Origin: Proteromonas lacertae
Taxonomy: Eukaryota
Direction: 5' to 3'
NCBI GenBank assembly: GCA_002245135.1
Contig: NGBS01000297.1
Location: 62,001 to 126,000 of the forward strand
DNA length: 64,000 bases
The translations under genes and the position numbers were made by a program. The notes under the pieces are model-generated. The model saw only the letters and a program-made list of their open reading frames with translations. It ran no database searches and was not told the DNA's origin. Positions 60,080 to 64,000 of the stretch are shown piece after piece (within the stretch, counting starts at the first letter, position 1; the number at the start of each line of letters is the position of its first letter).

Positions 60080-61312
60080 ATGAGATCCTGTGTGATATTA
60101 TTGTTGTGTATAGTCTCGTCGACATTAGCATGTAATAATTACTGTAATGGACATGGTAAATGTGGAGTAAATGATAAATGTGAATGTTTTATGGGTTGGG
60201 GAGGTGCTGACTGTAGTTTAAGAAGTTGTCCTTACGATGATGCATTTGTAGATATTCCATTAGGTGATATAAACCATAATGGTAAAGTTGGTAGTGAAGA
60301 TGCTTTAGACGAATGGAGACCAAAGGGAGGAATAGCTGAAGATTTATCCGATTATGTTACATCCACTAGAGCACATAGATATGCTGAATGTTCAAATGCT
60401 GGTAAATGTGATAGAACAAAGGGTGAATGTGAATGTTTTGAGGGATATGAAGGTAGTGCATGTCAACGTCGTAGTTGTCCATCCAGTGCTGAAGGTAAAG
60501 TATGTAGTGGTCATGGAAGTTGTTTAACAAGTACAACAATCATTCATGATAATGGTGGAAGTTATTATGGTTGGGAAAGTGAGAAATATTTGAGTTGTTT
60601 ATGTGATTCAGGATGGGAAGGTATTGATTGTAGTATGAGAACTTGTCCTAAAGGATTTGATCCAGTTGTATTATCTGGAGTTACTTTCAATTACAGAATT
60701 GTTGGTGGAGCTTCTGGTGCAAATGGATTAGGTGATGTAGTTAAAGCTGATTTTTATTTCCAATTTGCTTATGATGGAATGGTTTATGAAACTCCAATAA
60801 TATCAAAAATAGCTACTTATCCACAATGTAAAGATGGAAAGTTAGATGGAACTGTTGATTCTTCAACATTATCTCAAATAACAGAGAATATTCGAAGATC
60901 AATAGTGTCAAATGTTCCATATTTAAATCAAGCAACAGTTAGCTTTGTATGTGGAAATGAAGGACAAGTAGGTAGTGGTTCAAAAGTTGAGGATAATAAA
61001 GGTGCTGATTTATTAATTAGTATGAATCAAGGAGATGTGAAGAAATTTGGAGTAAATACAAATAAATTAACAGTTTATAAATCAGATGGAACTTCATCTA
61101 CACCTTCTGTTAATGGTGTAATTATTACAGCAAATCATGAAGTTATTACTTATACACCTTCATCAGATGAAATTACAATTACTGATGGTGATCCAAAAGC
61201 TTATGCATTATGTAGTAGAAGAGGAACATGCCAATCTGAAACAGGAGAATGTAAATGCTTTGATGGATATTCAGGTGAAGCCTGTCAAACACAAAGATCA
61301 ATTGCACTTTAA
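60080..61312 (+). CDS. Secreted EGF-like protein of the tubular-mastigoneme (Sig1/Ocm1-like) family, intact and intronless
   Basis: 410-aa ORF: signal peptide, [52 protein letters not shown] and a terminal EGF. Confidence 0.85.
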   Translation: MRSCVILLLCIVSSTLACNNYCNGHGKCGVNDKCECFMGWGGADCSLRSCPYDDAFVDIPLGDINHNGKVGSEDALDEWRPKGGIAEDLSDYVTSTRAHRYAECSNAGKCDRTKGECECFEGYEGSACQRRSCPSSAEGKVCSGHGSCLTSTTIIHDNGGSYYGWESEKYLSCLCDSGWEGIDCSMRTCPKGFDPVVLSGVTFNYRIVGGASGANGLGDVVKADFYFQFAYDGMVYETPIISKIATYPQCKDGKLDGTVDSSTLSQITENIRRSIVSNVPYLNQATVSFVCGNEGQVGSGSKVEDNKGADLLISMNQGDVKKFGVNTNKLTVYKSDGTSSTPSVNGVIITANHEVITYTPSSDEITITDGDPKAYALCSRRGTCQSETGECKCFDGYSGEACQTQRSIAL

Positions 61313-61369
61313 ATAAAGTATATAATAATATAAAAATTATAATAATAATAAAATGAATATATATTCTAT

Positions 61370-63665
61370 TTAAATTGTTTTCTTCATTACATACCAACTA
61401 CTTCCACAACTCAATAACAAAACAACCAAACCAATAATCAATGACATTACTTCAATCATTGTAGTGGTTTTATAATATGTTCTAAATGTTAAACTTGGAC
61501 CATATCTACCTCCCCAATAAGGTTCAGTAATTAATCCATCAATAATCTCACTTACATTCTTTATAATAGGATCAGCATTATTAGTATCTATATAATAATT
61601 ATAATATAATGATATATATACATGATATATGAGGTGAAACAGAATCATGAAAATGAACATTACTTCTAACACATTTATGAAATACACATACTCCACCATC
61701 TTCACACTTATCACCAGGATCACAATTATCATCATCATTACTAATATTATCACCACTCATTATATAATTCAACATTCCATAGATGAATGTCTCTATATAT
61801 GTATATTTGGCATATAATGAATCTATTATTTATTAAAACAATTATATATATATATATATACATTCATCTAAACTATCAATATTCAAAGCATAAGTATTAC
61901 CTAACCATTTATCATACTTAATAAACACTGGCATTCTACCAAAACTATAACTTCCACTATAATAATTAGGATAGTAATAATAAGGTACATCTTCTACTTT
62001 ATTATATATCTCAACTCCATCATCACTCATTTGATCAAAGTAATCACATGAATTATTATAACTTAAACAATAGTGTAAGTTCTTTACCATTATTGATGGA
62101 TTATATTCAACTGTAAGTGATGTAGATTCACCTAATTTCACTATTAAGTTGGAAATGAATTTGGTCTTTTCAATTAATACATTTACATCTATTCTTAGTG
62201 TATTTGGATTATCACACATTCCTATATATATATATATATAATAGTTATATATATATACGAGTTAATTTCACTAATATATTCATCTTTATATCCACTAATA
62301 ACATAACCATGTTGAGTATTAGATAGCTTATTATATTTATATAAATATGATATAAATGATGGTGGTAATCCTTTACTTAGATCACTTTCTTCTAATTGAA
62401 TTGTGCTATTTATTGATTTACCAATATCTAATATCTTCTTATAATAATCATCATTACTTTCACTATGAATATATAACTTATTATTATCATTATTATTCAT
62501 TATTTGTTCTAATGATATTACACTTTCTATTAGTTTTATATTGATGTTTTTGAATTCTAAAGATAGTTTGATTGGTTTAATACATATCTTTTCACCTAAA
62601 CCACTCTTCTCTTTGTCTACTTCTTTATAACATTCAAAGTTTTCTATATCGAAAAAGAGTTTTCGACCACCCAAAAATCCCCAACTTTCACCTTGTAAGA
62701 ATGTGAAGATATAATTATGAGTTAATTCTTTACCTATCAAAGTCTTGAATACTGATTTAATTACACTTATTAACATTGTTATTTGTGTGGATACTGATAT
62801 TTCACCTGGCGCTAAGTCATAATATTCACCTATTGAATCTATTTTAGTGGTGATCAATATAATTGGTTTATTATTGGTTAAATTTCCTATGTTTGTCCAT
62901 ATAGATTGACCACCCATTGGATCACAAGCATATTTCTCTATACATTTTATTGAATTCATCTCGTTTGGACCCATATAACTATTCATTTACATAATTCATA
63001 AATATACTGTTGAAAATTACTATAATAATTACCACTTTGTTTGCTATTCACTAAATCTTTAATTTGCTTTGATTCATCTTCATCTACTTCATAAACTATT
63101 GGGAAATTATAATTTGTCCATAATAAATTATCTCCTTTAGTGTTCCATACTTGTTCAGGATGTAATACTAAGTTCTTGAATACTGAGGGAACTGTTGTAC
63201 TGTCATGATTAATATGACATTGTGATTGATTCACATAATCAACTATGATACCTAATTAATTTCCCTGAATTGGCTAATTTATCAACATTTTCCTCTATAG
63301 TACAATTAATAAAAACTATCAAATACTTGTAAATAAGTCTCCTTTCAAAAATGCTGTTGATGAATCTTCTAAATTCTTAAATGATTCAATTTTTTCCTAT
63401 TTTAATAAACAATATACAATTACTTTTGTATCAACAATCTCAATATTGCCTTTTAGACCATCTATAGGTGTGGAACTACCAAAATGACCTTCTGTACTGT
63501 AATATCTTATTCTCATGTACACACTTGGCTTTTGGTTTATTCTTTCTGAATAAAATTGAGATTCTGCAGATATAACAGAGAAGATCTAGACACATCATTA
63601 TAATATATAAATTGATTTTGATACTATAGGATAAAAGCAAATAAAATTGATATATTGAGCTTCAT
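61370..63665 (-). CDS. NCSTN: Nicastrin (gamma-secretase subunit)
   Basis: Signal peptide, WNTKGDNLLWTNYNFPI, CDPMGGQSIW, IILITTKIDS, GESWGFLGGRKLFFDI, ITEPYWG and a single C-terminal TM helix. Confidence 0.85.
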
Positions 63666-63754
63666 AAACGAAGAAATTGGTGTGTTTTTCAAAGAAAGAA
63701 AAAAATGTTTGGGGGAATTTTTTGGGTGAGTAACAAAAATCTAATTTTAAATTC

Positions 63755-64000
63755 ATGGCTTTAATGAATAATGAGAGTACTGGTAATGGTATTCTATATC
63801 TAAATTTCAACCAAGACAATGGTAAGTCTTGTTAAATATAAAGATATAGGTTGTTTCGCTTGTGCTACAGAACAAGGCTTTGGAATATACAATTGTAACC
63901 CATTTAAAGAAATATTTCGTCGAGGTATATTTTTAAAATGATTTTTGAATAGAGTTTGTTGGAGGTGGGATTGGAGTTGTTGAAATGCTCTATCGTTCTA
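63755..64000 (+). CDS. ATG18: WIPI/ATG18 (PROPPIN) family protein, 5' part only
   Basis: LYLNFNQDN/GCFACATEQGFGIYNCNPFKEIFRR/EFVGGGIGVVEMLYRS across two short introns. Confidence 0.88.

Noticed and set aside
1..64000. Stop-codon reassignment (TAA/TAG read as Gln)
   Set aside because: TAA, TAG and TGA all end genes at expected positions and long exons lack internal stops. The two internal TAAs lie in error-like patches.

Overview
This is a very AT-rich, gene-dense eukaryotic chromosome segment holding about 26 protein-coding genes. Most introns are short (about 25-45 nt GT-AG) and intergenic gaps are often under 150 nt. The intron size, a TGTTTGTT motif downstream of several stop codons, mastigoneme-type EGF genes and minor-class (U12) introns suggest a Blastocystis-like stramenopile (inference). 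Recognisable genes: two LRR proteins, a Glu-rich repeat/B-box protein, NDUFB9, B12-dependent methionine synthase, a PHD/AT-hook protein, SCNM1, two head-to-head kinesin-14 paralogues, pinin, DAD1/OST2, a two-RRM protein, a PAQR, a copine, a RING protein, UPF2, an ARM protein, two Sig1/Ocm1-like EGF proteins, a CKK protein, a kinase-pseudokinase, nicastrin and the start of ATG18/WIPI. The standout is a ~12 kb gene (42373-54276) for a ~3,800 aa receptor: signal peptide, nine tandem bacterial UrtA/AmiC-type periplasmic-binding domains, then a class C GPCR-like 7TM that carries two AT-AC U12 introns. Many genes have single-base frameshifts, mostly +1, probably long-read errors, so gene models are reconstructed by eye and some boundaries are approximate. 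No tRNA, rRNA, CRISPR array or mobile element was supported.
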